Source: the human T2T-CHM13v2.0 reference genome, Homo sapiens. Taken from it: 64,000 nucleotides of DNA. A model generated the notes under the pieces. It ran no database searches and had not been told where the DNA came from. It was given only the letters and a program-made list of their open reading frames with translations. The stretch is from assembly GCF_009914755.1 (NCBI RefSeq), contig NC_060930.1; one strand, written 5' to 3'. Shown here piece after piece: positions 12,699 through 26,243 of the stretch. A program made the translations under genes and the position numbers. Positions within the stretch are counted from its first letter, which is position 1. Each line of letters opens with the position of its first letter.

Positions 12699-13971
12699 TG
12701 TGAAAATTACATCTTGTCCTCTTTTGTGCCTCCAAATCCAATAGCATTTGGACGGTTTGGCACCAGATTAACTATATTTGTTTCTCTTCACCTCTATTTT
12801 TTCCTTAACTTCTTTTTCTCTGTCCATATGTTAACTTATTTACTATATCAAATTTATCTGTAGTAGTGACATTTATTATCAGTTTTTCCAAGGTGGCACA
12901 TATGGATCCTTTGGATTTCTGAAATCAGCAATTGTGTTTCTGCTGATAGAAATGTGTAGAGGAAGAGAAGATGAGACCTGACCTGAGGTATGGAGGAACA
13001 TAGCGAAACTACCTCCTACTTGCCTACATCCATTCTTCACCATCTAGCTAGATTGAATAAAACTCCTCTACAAGATTTAATTTGGTGAAAACAAAGTAAG
13101 GTTTACAATTCGGTGAATATACTATTAGTAAATCAAAATATTTTCTTACAGAATGAAGAGAGAGCAACAAATGGAAAAAATCAACGCTAAAAGGGAAGGG
13201 TTTGCAATTCCCAGGTTGTCAGGCTAACAACCTGTTTACTGCTTCATCTTCCCTCAACTACTTTCTTCATCTCTCATCTTTCTATTATTTTGCATTTTCT
13301 CTTTTATTTTCTTCCTCTGATTTCTTCTTCCTCATCTAGATAGACTATGGAGTTTTACACGTGGCCACTTAACTGATGAGAAAAATATCTTCTGAGGAAT
13401 ATGTCAGCCAGTAAGTGGAAATTAAATCATGACAAACTGGAGCAACTGTTCTGATTATTCAGGTAAATTTAAAGCAAGTCCATATGCAAGGGAAGTGAAA
13501 CACATTGATGTTTTAGATTACTTAAATTAAAAAATGTTCAGCATGTGATTTGTTTTGGTTTTATGGAACTTAGCTAAAAGATCCTCTTCCAAATATGATA
13601 TTATCAAGCCATTTATTTTTTACTTCATTAGGGGAGGGTTGTGTCAATCATACTCATTAGTGAATGTCACATTATTTCCATGGTCTCTGCAAATACATTC
13701 TCTTATTTCATTTATTTTGTTTCATTCACATACTTTATTATTTTCCCTACCCACCCTTTACCCTGCTAGAGATAATCATTCTACACAATCATTTTTGGTT
13801 GTTTGTTTTTGTTTGTTCTTATAATTAATATACTTTTGTATTATGTTACAAACTTACCTGTTTCTTATATTTGATTCACTGAGTACTATGATTTTTTTAA
13901 AATCTACTTGTAGTTTTAGGTAAATTTTAAGCTAATGCTTCTAAGAGTAGCATTGTTTAAAGTTGATTGAT

Positions 13972-14190
13972 GGTAGGATATAGCGGCTCACACCTGTAAT
14001 TCCAGTGATCAAAAGGCAGTGGCAGGAGGATCTCTTGAGGTCAGGAGTTCAAGACTAGCCTGGGCAACAAAACAAGAACCTGTCTGCTGGGTGCCTGTAA
14101 TGCTAGCTACATGGGAGGTTGACATGGGAAGATCCCTTGAGCCAAGGACTTTGAAACTGCAGTGAGCTATGATTGCACCACCGCACTCCC
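13972..14190 (+). mobile_element. Degenerate AluJ with deleted central A-rich linker and truncated 3' end
   Basis: Left arm 'ggctcacacctgtaattcc..gcctgggcaaca..cctgtct' joins directly to right arm 'gctgggtgcctgtaa..gcagtgagctatgattgcaccaccgcactcc'. Confidence 0.75.
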
Positions 14191-14199
14191 AAATAAATT

Positions 14200-14760
14200 A
14201 AGGTGAAATGAGTTTTGGTTTTGGAGGAAGTTAAGCTACTTGGGAATTAGATTGATACTCTAAGTTTTGTTAGGGCAGGCCTTTACTCTTGGGTTACTTA
14301 AGCTTTACTACCAGAGGTGACTCTTCTGGGAGCCTAGTGAAAGCCATAGTTGTTCAGTTAATCCTCTCTGATGTGGTTGGTTGGAACTTATGCATCTTAC
14401 ACTCATTTGAATTTTGGAAGGTTTTCAGTTTAAATCTTACTAGTTGTTGTTTTTCTCCAGAAATTATTATTTGCCAGGTCTTGTGAATTCTTATCCTATG
14501 CATATGCAGCTGAGTATTTGCTGAAAGACTTGAGATTACCCCATTCAGATTCCTGAAGCTCTTTGTGTAGCTTTCTCTTGTGCAGTAATCTGATTCACAA
14601 GTTCCAGCTGCTGAGCCTCCTAAACTCTGATATCTGCCTCTTTGGCACGGTTGGTTGTCTAGTATCTAAAAACAGTTGTTTCTGATATTTTTTTCTGTTT
14701 TTTTATTATGGGAGGACAATGCAAGAACTATTTCTTCTATTGTGGCCAAAAGCAGAAGTA
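14200..14760 (-). mobile_element. Ancient L1ME 5'-region fragment
   Basis: 'ccccattcagattcctgaagctct', 'aaactctgatatctgcctc', 'aaaaacagttgtttc', 'ggccaaaagcagaagt' resemble antisense L1ME 5' ends. Confidence 0.5.
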
Positions 14761-15119
14761 AGAAATAAGTTTGGATTTTATATCTTTTCTGCTTAGTGTT
14801 GCTTGATTGTCAAAGCCCTCATTTTACACATACAAAAGAAAAGCTCCAAGTTGTAAATTGTATGCTTTTCTGGATGCTGAAACCAAATTGTAGGCAGATT
14901 AACAAATTTAGGATGATTAATCTAGTATCAGCTAAATAAATTTGTATTAGCTCATCCTTAATGACTCACTTTCTCCCAAGGAAACCATAATATTAGCTTG
15001 TTGACAGACTAGATAATTAAAAACTGGCCTTTACAAAAATAGCTAAATAGGTCTTATAATCACAGAAAAATCTGAGCATTGGCAAGTAGGGTATTTATTA
15101 TATCAGTTAATAATATAGT

Positions 15120-15430
15120 CATAAGTTATTCATTCATTACTGACATATACAAGGCAAGGAATTACCAACAGTTCTTGCTCTTAGCAACTTATGGTCCAAT
15201 GTGGAGAGAGATGAATAAAAACATACCTCCTAAAAATATAAAAAAAAAAGTGATAAAAATAAATCAACAGCCTAAATAAAATACAATCATTCTTATAAAT
15301 GTATAGAAATCATTTAAACAGTGAAAAATCTTTATAGGAGAGTGGTATTGATTTGGGCCTTGAATTGCAGAAAGGATTTTTACATACCTGGAATAGAAGG
15401 TAGGACATTGGTGTTGGGAAAGGAAAAAAA
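15120..15430 (-). mobile_element. L2 fragment
   Basis: 'ttattcattcatt', 'cttgctcttagcaacttatggtc', 'ttgatttgggccttgaa'. Confidence 0.4.
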
Positions 15431-15707
15431 GGAGAGAGAAAAACTTGACATGACTATAAGTATAGTAATGGGAGGCAACAAAGCATGACACACTGAGATC
15501 ATTACATTTGTATCAGAGTTTTCGTGTAGGGTATCAGAATAAAAAAAGGCAAAAAAGAAAAAAGAAAGATCAGTAGAGTGTATTGGTATTAAGATCATGA
15601 GATTTATAGTGGAAGTTAAGTTTAAGTTTCAAGAGTTTTTCAACATGTACAAAATATACAAATAATGAAAATAAATTTACTTTCTTAAATCCTTATTTTC
15701 TTCATAT

Positions 15708-16742
15708 TCTAGAATAATATCCAGAATATACATGGAACTGAAATAATCCAACAATAAAAACAGGCAAATAATTCCACTAAAAGTGGAAAAAGAATATGAA
15801 TAGACATTTTTTCAAAAGAAGGCATACAAAGGGCCAAGGGGTATATTTTTTAAAAATGCTTGCCATCACTAATAATTAGGGCAATACAAATCAAGGCCAT
15901 ATTGAGAAATTTTCTTACCTGAGTTAGAATGGCTATTAGTAAAATGATAAAAAATAACAGATGCTCACAAGAATGCAGAAAAGAAGGAACTCTTATATAC
16001 TGTTGGTGGCAATTTCAAGAAGTATAGCCACTATAGGAAATAGTATGGAGATTTCTCAAAAAATTAAAGGTAATATTACTATTACTATATATTAAAAGCA
16101 ATATTATTATTGGGTATTTACCCAAAGTAAAGGAAATCAGTATATAAAAGGGATGCTTCCACTTGCATGTTTATTGAAGAATTATTTACAATATTAAAGA
16201 CAGAGAATCAACCTAAGTTTCTATCAATGGATGAATGGGTAAAGAAAACATTGTACGTATACACAACAGAATACAAGTTGGCCATAAAAAAGAATGAAAT
16301 CATATCGTTTCCATTAACGTAGATGGGACTGATGGTCATTATCTTAAGTTGAAAAAATCCAAGCCCAGAAAGAAAAATACATCTTCTCACTCACATGTTG
16401 GAGCTAGCAAAGTTGATCTTACGAAGTGGGAAGGGTATGTGGTTGAGGGGTTGAAAAAGAGAGGTTAGTGGGTAGAAACATACAATTAGAAGAAGAAATA
16501 AGTGCTAAAGTCTAATAGCAGGTGAATCTGGATAACAACAATATAATGTATCTTTCAAAGTAGCCAGAAGAGAAGACTGAAAATGTTCCCAACACACAGA
16601 AATGATAAATACTTTAGATAATGGACACCCCAAATGCCCTGACTTGATTATTACTCAGTTTATTCATGTAACCAAATATTACATGTACTCAAAACTATGT
16701 TCAAAAATTATGTATCGATAAAGCATTTTAATATAAAATAAA
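15708..16742 (+). mobile_element. L1MA 3' fragment
   Basis: ORF2 C-terminal DNA 'aatatccagaatatac..atgaatagacatt..caacctaagtttctatcaatggatgaatgg' and L1MA 3' UTR 'aatgttcccaacacacagaaatgataaat..ccctgacttgattatta'. Confidence 0.85.
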
Positions 16743-16959
16743 ATTTATTGTTCATAGGTTTACTTTTGGCCAATGTGTTTTCACCTCTTTTTTCTAGTCC
16801 CAAGTCACTTCTCAAATTGGAGACATAACCAAGCTGGCCAGTAACATGATATACTAGGTACTTTCCACTGCTAGGTACTTTTGCAGGTGCTTGGATACTT
16901 CTAGATATGGGCTCACACTGCTTACTGATCCTATGTACACCTACGAATCAAAGGAAAAG

Positions 16960-16961
16960 AA

Positions 16962-16988
<27 letters not shown>
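16960..16988. repeat. (TA)n microsatellite
   Basis: Uninterrupted TA run. Confidence 0.9.
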
Positions 16989-16992
<4 letters not shown>

Positions 16993-17153
16993 TTAGAGAA
17001 GACTTCATCTAATAAGTTAAGATACCCAGTAAGAAAGAGATATTCAAAATCATTGGCAATGATAGAAATGAATATTCAATCAACAAAATATCAGTAGATA
17101 TCTGTTATAATGGCCAAAATTATATAGCTACATAATAAAAAATAAAATGTTGA

Positions 17154-19244
17154 CTACCAAACTATGGAATACACCAAAGCAGTTCTAAGAAGCAAGTTTA
17201 TAGCAATAAACACCAATATTTAAAAAGAAAAAAGATCTCAAATAAACAACCTAACATTATATCACAAGAAAATAGGAAAAGAAGAACAAACTAAGTCTAA
17301 AGATAATAGAAAAAAAGAAAAAAAGATCAGAGCAGAAATAAATGAAATAGTGATTACAAAAAGTAGAAAAACTCAATAAAACTAACAGTTTTGAAAATAT
17401 AAACAAAACTGACAAACTTATAACTGGATTTACTAAGAAAAACAGAGAGAAGACAAATTGAAATGAAAGAGAGAGCATTCTAACTGATACTACAGAAATA
17501 TAAAAATCACAAGACTACTATTAATAATTATTCTCCAACAAATAGATATTAGAACAAATGAATTACTAGACCATTCAATGTACCAAAAATAAATCAGGAA
17601 GAAATGGAAAATCTGAAGAAACCAATAATGAGTGAAGAGGTTGGATCAGTAAGAAAAAGTCACTCATCAATGAAAAGCCCAGAACTTTATAGCTTATTTG
17701 CTGAATTCTACCAAACATTTAAAAAAGAATTAATATAAATTTTTATTAAACTTTTCCAAAATATTAAAGTGGAGGTAATACTTCCAAATTCATTTCACAA
17801 TTTTGGAATTACCCTGCTACAAAAGTCAGACAAGGACATTAGATGAAAATAAAATTACAGGATAATAACCTTGATAAACATAGATGCAAAAATCTTCAAC
17901 AAAATACTAGCAAACTGAATTATATTCACATTAAAAGATTATTCATTATGATCAAGTGGGATTTTTCCCTGGGATGCAAGAATGGTTCAACCTATGTAAA
18001 TTAATCAAGGTGATATACCACATTAACAGAATGAAGGACAAAAGTCATATGATCATCTTAATAAATGCAAAAGAGGCATTCAAAAAAGTCAATATCCTTT
18101 CACAATAAAAACTATCAACAAATTTGGTATAGAAGGACTTTACCTTAACACAATAAAAGTCCTATATAACAGAACCACAGCTTATGTACTCTGGTTAAAA
18201 ATTAAAAAGGTTTTCCTCTAAGATGATGAGCAAGACAAGAATGTCCACTCTTGCCATTTCTATTCACACAATACTGGAAGTCCTTGCTAGAGCAATTAGA
18301 AAAGAGAAACAAATAAAAGCCATCCAAATTGAAAGGGAGAACTAAAATTATCTGTTTGCAGATGACATCATTTTACATATAAAACACCCTAAAGACTCTA
18401 CCAATAAAACCCAAACTCAGATACTCAGTAAAGTTGAAGAATATAAAATCAACATACAACAATCAGTCATATTTCTATATACTGACAAATAACTGTCTGA
18501 AAAGTAAATCAAGTAATATCTCGTGTACAATAGCTAAAATACCCCAAAATAATCAGGAATAAATTTAATCAAGGAGGTGAAAGATCTGTACACTGTAAGC
18601 TATGAAACATTGATTATAAAAATGAAGACACAAATAAATGGAAAAGCATCCCATGTTCAAGGATTGGAAGAATTCATATTGTTAATTATATAGCTAAAGT
18701 TAACTATGTAAATTGCCCATACTACTCAGAGCAATTAGCAATTTCAATCCAACACCTAAACAAAATTCCAATGCTAGTTTTCTCAGGAAGAGGAAAAAAT
18801 TCTAAAATTCATATGGAGCCACAACACAACCTAAATAGTCCAAGTAATCTCAAACAAACAGAATAAAGCATGATATCACCTAACTTCAAAACCTACTGTA
18901 AAACTTTAGGAATCAAAACAACATGCTACTGGCATAATGATAGACACATAGATCATTGGAACAGGGTGGAAGGCCCAGTAATAAGTCTACACACTTACAG
19001 CCAACTGATTTTCAACAAAGTTGTGAAACACACTCAATGAGGAAAGGAAATCTTTTCAATAAACAGTGCTAGGAAAACAGGATATCCACATACAGAAGAC
19101 ACTAATTAGATCCTAGTATCATTCCATATAAAAATATCAATTAACAATGGAATAAAGACTTAAATGTAAGACTTAAACTACAAAACTACTGGAAGAAAAC
19201 AGAGGAAATACTTCATGACATTAGTCTGGGCAATGATTTATATA

Positions 19245-19277
<33 letters not shown>

Positions 19278-20459
19278 GCAAAAGCATAGGCAAGAAAAGC
19301 ACATATTAACAAATGGGTTCACATCAAACTAAAATGCATCTACACAGCAAAGGGAACGTTCAAAAGAGTGAAGAAACAATCTTCAAAATAGGAGAAAATA
19401 TTTGCAAACCATATATCTGATAAGGGGCTAATATCTAACATTTATAAATAATTTAAACAACTGAATATCAAGAAAACAAATAACCTGATTAAAAAATGAG
19501 CTAAGGGCCTGAATAGACATTTCTCAAAGGAACACATATAAATTGGCAATAAGTATATTAAAAAAACACTCAGTATCACTAATTATCAGAGAAATACAAG
19601 TTAAAACCACATTGAGATATTACTGCACACCTATTAAAATTGTGGTTATCAAAAAGACGAAAAATAACTATTGGTGAAGATGTGGAGAAAATAGAACTAT
19701 TGGACATTGTTGATAGAAATGTAAATTAGAACAGCCCTTATGGAAAACAGTATGGAGATCCCACAAAAAAATACTAAATAAAATTACCATATGATCCAGC
19801 AATCTTACTACTGGGTATATTCAAAGGATATGAAGTCAGTATGTTGAAGAGACATTTGTACTCTCATGTTTATTGCAGTATTCTTTACAATAGCCAATAT
19901 ATTGATTCAATGTATGTTTTCAGTACCTCAGGAATAAAGAATAAAATGTGGCATATATACACAATGGAATACTATTCGGTCTTAAAAAGGAAGGAAATCC
20001 TGTCATTTGCCACAACATGGATGAATCTAGAATGCATTATATTAAGTGAAATAATCTAGACACAAGAAGATAAATACTGCATGATCTCACTTATATGTGG
20101 AATATTTAGAAAATTGATCTCATAGAAAGAAGCAAAGAGTGAAATGACAGTTACCAGAGGTAGGTTTGTGGATGGGGAAATTGGGAAGATGTTGACCAAA
20201 TGAAACAAAATTTCAGTTAGAATGAATAGGTAAAGAGTTATATATCATGGTGACAATAGTTAATAATAATATATTGTTTACTTGAAAACTTACAAGACTA
20301 GATTCTACATATATTTACCAGACAAACACAAATAAGTATGTGAAGTAATACTTATGTTAATTGGCATCATTTAAATATTCTGGAGTATATACATATATTA
20401 AAACATCATGTACTTCAGAAATATGTACCATTTTTAGTTGTCAATTAATAAATACATAC
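17154..20459 (+). mobile_element. 5'-truncated L1MA (L1MA4-like), ~3.3 kb, nested in an older L1M 3' fragment (~17030-20700)
   Basis: Degenerate ORF2 (RT 'ctgtttgcagatgac' near 18352) through 3' UTR; exact TSD ataaaatgttga at 17142-17153 and 20460-20471. Confidence 0.88.
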
Positions 20460-20999
20460 ATAAAATGTTGAGGAGGAAGATGAACTGGTAGCATCGCTAA
20501 TGAGAGAGTATTAAGGGAACCATTCAAGAGAGCGATATGGTACTACTTAGACAAATTGAAAATACAAATACTTATAACCTAGAAATAATACTTCTAGTAA
20601 TATTTTCCAAATACATCTTCAGTGAGTCATAAGGAAATATGTATATGCATGTTTATTTCAGTGTTATTTGTGATTGCAAGAGGATAAATGTAACTTTCTG
20701 TCCATTTCAAAGTCAATATAGTGGGCAAGTAATCTGTAAAAAACACTTAGGAATGTAACAATCACAATTCTCATCATTTAATCAAATGCTAAAGTGAAAA
20801 AGAAAGTGAAAAGCAAAGAGAGAAAACATGGGTGAAAAAGGAAATATTACCCATACATGGAAAAACACCAGTCAATGGAAACAGACCTAAAGATAAGAGA
20901 GACTTTAGAATACTGACTTTAAATGTTGAAAGATCTGAAGAAAACATGAAAAAATGTAAAGAAAACTAAAAGATATTGAGAAAAAGAGAACAAATTAGA

Positions 21000-21222
21000 C
21001 ATGGAAAACATACACAAAGAAGAGAGCAATAGACACTAGGGCCTATTTGAGTGTGGAGTGTGGGAGAGGCGTGAGGATCTAAAACCTACCTATTGAGCAC
21101 CATGCTTATTACCTGGGTGAGAAAATAGTCTGTACCAACCGCTGGCAACACACAATTTACCTATATAACAAACCTGCACATGTACCCTTGAAACTAAAAG
21201 TTAAAAAATAAAATAAAATAAA
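21000..21222 (+). mobile_element. L1PA15/16-like 3' end
   Basis: 'aatagacactagggcctatttgag..ttacctgggtga..caaacctgcacatgtaccc' plus A-rich tail. Confidence 0.8.
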
Positions 21223-22521
21223 CTACTAAATGGCTTTAACAGCAACTTACACACTTACACATTTTTACAGTAAAAAAGAATTTAACATCAACTTAACACA
21301 CACATTCTTACAGTAAAAACAATTGTGAACTTGAAGATAGTGATAAACACTAAACTGAAATAATTTTTTTCTAAAAATAACAGAGTAAGCGAGTTTTGAT
21401 GAACTGTGGATCAATGGTCTAAGATGTGCATAATTGTATTCCCAGGAGGAGAATCAGGAATGTTTGAATGTTTGAAAAATTTTCAAATTGATATAAACTG
21501 TAAACGCAAGATCCAAATGGCTAAATGAGATACATGAAATAAAGAGAAAGAAAACCGTACCAAATTACATCAAATCAAATTGTTAAAACCCTAGGGAGGA
21601 GAAAATACTAAAAACATGCAGAAAAAAAAAAAACAAAAAATTTAAAAATAATGAAATGAGTTCTGATTTCTTGTTTTAAAAAACGAAGCCAAAATTATAT
21701 CGACATCTTTAAATGCAAAAACACATACAACTGTCAAATGAAATTTCGTATTGAATAAAAATCACCCTCAAAAGTTAATGCCAAATAGAGCCCTTTTCAG
21801 AAAAATACAGCACGATCTACTCATAGCCATGAATCTGCATTTAAGAAATAGTAAAATAAATTATTGGGACCAAAAGAACGTGACAGTAGAAGAACCTAGA
21901 ACTACACAAAGTAATAGAAACTGCCCGAATGAAGGAACCAAGGGCAACTAGAAGAGAATGCATGGGACAACTTAAAAAAAAATAACAAGATAGTATATTT
22001 AAACTTAGTCATATTGATAATTACATTCTATGTAAGTGGTCTAAAACATTTCAATAAAAAAGCAATACACCCTCCCTGAGATGACTCGAGTAGATTAAAA
22101 AAAAAGTAAAATATAACTGTAGGCATTTCCAGTGGATGCACATGAACTATAAAGAAACAGACAGCCAAAACATTAAAAATACATAGTGCAAGTATACTCA
22201 TATATGAATCATAATTATATAAATATCTTAAGAAAGTTGGAATAGCTATATTTTTATGAGAATAAAGACTGGTGTGAAGAATATTATAAGAGATAAAGAG
22301 GGCATATCAAAATAAATATTTTAATTGAAAAAACAAAACAATCCCAAATATTTATATATATTTAACATCAATGCTCGAAATATATGAAACAAAACTGACA
22401 GAACTATGAACAGAAATAGACAAATGTATTATTATATCTAGAAATTTCAGTATTTCTCTTTCATAAGTAATTGACAACAGTATCAACCAAATTAATGAAT
22501 TTACATTTTAAAAACACTCTG

Positions 22522-25500
22522 GCTGCACCTGCCAGTGCCCCAACTCCATGCTAATATCACCACCAGTGCAACTACCTGCACAGTTACCAGTGGGTATCAC
22601 ATGCCACCCCAACCATGCTGCCTCACCCCAGCACCTGCTAGCATCCTGCCACAGCTAATGAGCCTGCACTCGTTATGCTGCCACTGCTGCTGCTGTGGGC
22701 AATGACACCCATATGTTCAAAATAAAGTGATGGAGAAAAATGTGCAAAGCAAATGGAAAGCAGAAAAAAGCAGGAGTTGCAAAGACAATTGCAGACAAAA
22801 CGTACTTTATAACAACAAAGATAAAAAAATACGTAGAAGGGCATGACATATTGGTAAAGGATTAAATTCAAAAACAAGTCCTAACTATCCTAAGCATACA
22901 TGTACCCAACACAGGAGCATCCAATTTCATAAGGCAAATTCTTAGATACCTTCAAAGAGACTTAGCCTTCCACTCAATGACAGTGACAGACTTCAACATA
23001 CTACTGATAATATTAGACAGATTATTGAGGTAGAAAATTAATAAAGATATTCAGGACCTGAACTCAGCACTGGATAAAATGGATCTGATAGACATCTATA
23101 GAATCCTCCACTCAAAACCAATGAAATATCTTTCTTCTCATCATCATATGGCACATACTCCAAAATCAATCACATAATTCGACATAAAACACTCCTCAGC
23201 AAATGTAAAAGAAATGAAATCATAACAATTAAGACAGAAATCAAGAAGTTCTTTGAAACTAATGGGAACAAAGATACAACATGCCAGAATCTCTGGGACA
23301 CAGCTAAGGCAGTGTTAAGAGGGAAATTTATAGCACTAAATGCCAATATCAAAAAGTTAGAAAGTTCTCAATTCAATAACCTAATACCACAACTAAAAAA
23401 CCTAGAGGACGAAGAGCATACCAATCCTAAAATTAGCAGAAGACAAGAAATAACCAAAATCAGAGCTGAACTGAAAGAGACTGAGACACAAGAAATCATT
23501 CAAAACTTCAATGAATTCAGGAGTTGATTTTTTGAGAATAAATAAATAAATAAAATAAAACAGACCACTAGCTAGACTAATAAAGAAAAGACAGAAAATC
23601 AAAATACATAAACACAATTAGACATAACAATGAGGACATTAAACTGACCCCTCAGAAATACAACATGCCATTGTAGAATATTATGAACACCTCTATGCAC
23701 AACACAAGGATGCCCTTTCTCACCAGTCCTATCCAATACAGTAATGGAAGCTCTGGACAGCAATCAGGCAAGAGGAAGAAAAAGAAATGGCATCCAAATA
23801 TAAAGAGAGAAAGTCAAATTTTCCCTGTTTTGAGACAACATGATTCTATATATAGAAAACCCCCATAGTCTTGGCCCAAAAGCTCCTTAAGCTGCTAAAC
23901 AACTTCAGCAAAGTCTCAGGATACAAAATCAATGTACAAATATTACTGATATTCCTGTATACCAACAACAGTCAAGCTGAAAGCCAAATCAGGAATACAA
24001 TCCCATTCACAAATTGCCACAAAAAGAATAGAGTACCAAGAAATACACCTAACCATGGAGGCTAAAGATCTCTACAAGAACTAAAATCCACTGCTTGAAG
24101 AAATCAGAGAAGAAAAAAATAAATGAGAAAACATTTCATGGTCATGGATAGGAAGAATCAATATTGTGAAAATGACTACACTTCCCAAAGTGATTTATAG
24201 ATTCAATGCTATTTCTATTAAACAACGAATGACGTTCTTCACAGAACTAGAAAAACCTATTTTAAAATTTATATGGAAACAAAAAAGAGCCCAAATAGCC
24301 AAGCAATCCTGAAGAAAAGTAACAAAGCTGGAGGCATCACATTACCTGACTTTAAACTAAACTACAGGGCTACAGTGACTAAAACAACATGGTACTGGTA
24401 CAAAGACAGACACATAGCCTAATGGAACAGAATAGAGCCCAGAAATGAGGCCACACACCTACAACTGTCTGAACTTTGACAAAGCTGATAAAAACAAGCA
24501 AAAGAGAAAAAACTTTCTATTCAATAAATGGTGCTGGGAGAACTGGCTAACCCTCTATAGAAGACTGTAACTGGACTCTTTCCTTATAAAATATAAAAAT
24601 CAACTGAAGATGAATTAAAAACTTAAATGTAAAATCCAAACTATAAAAACCCTGGAAGAAAACCTAGGCGATACCATTCTGGACATAGAAACAGGCAAAG
24701 ATTGAATGATGAAGATGCCAAAAGCAATGGCAACAAAAGCAAAAATTGACAAATGGGATCTAGTTAAACTAAAGAGCTTCTGTACAGCAAACGAAATTAT
24801 CAATAGAGTAAACAGACAACCTAGAAAATGAGAGGAAAGTTTTGCAAATTATGCATCTGAAAAAGGTCTAATATCCAGCATCTATAAGGAACTTAAACAA
24901 ATTTAGAAGAAAAACAAACAACTCCCTTAAATAGTGGGCAAAGCATATGAACAGATACTTTTCAAAAGAAGACATACAAGTGGCCAACATACATATGAAA
25001 GAAAAAGCTCAACATCACCAGTCATTAGAGAAATGCAAATCAAAACCACAATGAGATAATATTTCACACATCAGAATGGCTATTATTAAGATGTCAAAAA
25101 ATAATAGGTGCTGTTGAGGTTGTGGAGAAAAAGGAACACTTATACACTGTTGGTGGGACTGTAAATTGGTTCACTATTTTGTTGAAAACCATGTGAAAAT
25201 TCCTCAAAGACCTAAAAATAGAACTGCCATTCAACTTAGCAATCCCATTATTGAATATATGCCCAAAGAAATGTAAATCATTCTATCATAAAGAAACATG
25301 CATGTGTATGTTCATGGCAGCAGTATTTTCTATAGCAAAGACATGGAATCAACCTAAATGTCCATCAGTGGTAGACTGGATAAAGAAATTGTAGTACATA
25401 TGCACCATGGACTACTATGCAGCCATATAAAATGAGATTATGTCCTTTTCAGGAACATGAGGAGAGCTGGAGGCTATAATCGTTAGCAAAATAACACAGG

Positions 25501-25801
25501 AACGTAAAACCAATACTGCATGTTCTCAATTATAAGTGGGAACTAAATGATGAGAACACACAGACATTTAGAAGGGAACAACAGACACTGGGGCCTATTG
25601 GAAGGTGAAGGGTGGGAGGAGGGAGAGGATCAGGAAAAATAACTAATGGTTACTAGGTTTAATACCTGGGTGACAAAATAACCTGTACAACAATCCCCTG
25701 TGACATGAGTTTACCTATGTAAAAAACCTGCACATGTACACCTGATCTGAAAATAGAAGTAAAAAAAAATGAAATTCACCTTTAAAAATTTTTAAAAAGT
25801 C
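22522..25801 (+). mobile_element. L1PA13-like LINE-1 with three internal deletions
   Basis: TSD aaaacactctg at 22511-22521 and 25802-25812; GC-rich 5'UTR-like start, ORF2 peptides ([11 protein letters not shown].., [22 protein letters not shown]) and L1PA13-type 3' UTR. Confidence 0.85.
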
Positions 25802-26243
25802 AAAACACTCTGCAAAATAATGATAGAATAGAAATTTTTTGCCAAGTATAAATTGTACCTGCCCTAAGATAGTGACTATGCTGGTGAAATCAAGACTCAC
25901 TAAGGGGATTAATATGCAAAGAGCATGTTGTTGTTTTTTTTCCACAGCAAAGTTATATTAGAAATCAATAATATAAAATATTTTAGAAAATCCTTGAAGC
26001 ATTTGAAATAAAAAAGTAACATGGTTAGAGAAGAAAAACTCTTTAAGGAAATTTTAGTGAATCAAATTTTGAAATACATATAATATATAAAATACATATT
26101 ATATTCAATTTATGCTTATTTTTAGAAAAACAAACTTAATATCTAATGATTAACCAATAAAATGCACTAAATTAATAGAATAATCAAAAAACATTATTTT
26201 ATCTCAATTCATGCAAAAGTATCATTTAACAAAATTTAATCTC

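Noticed and set aside
12309-12744. Tyr/Ile-rich ORFs (also 6367-6576 and 10223-10513)
   Set aside because: Translations of AT-rich simple repeats
13373-13455. C/D-box snoRNA-like motifs (TGATGA...CTGA)
   Set aside because: Imperfect C box, negligible terminal stem and no recognisable guide; such motifs are frequent by chance
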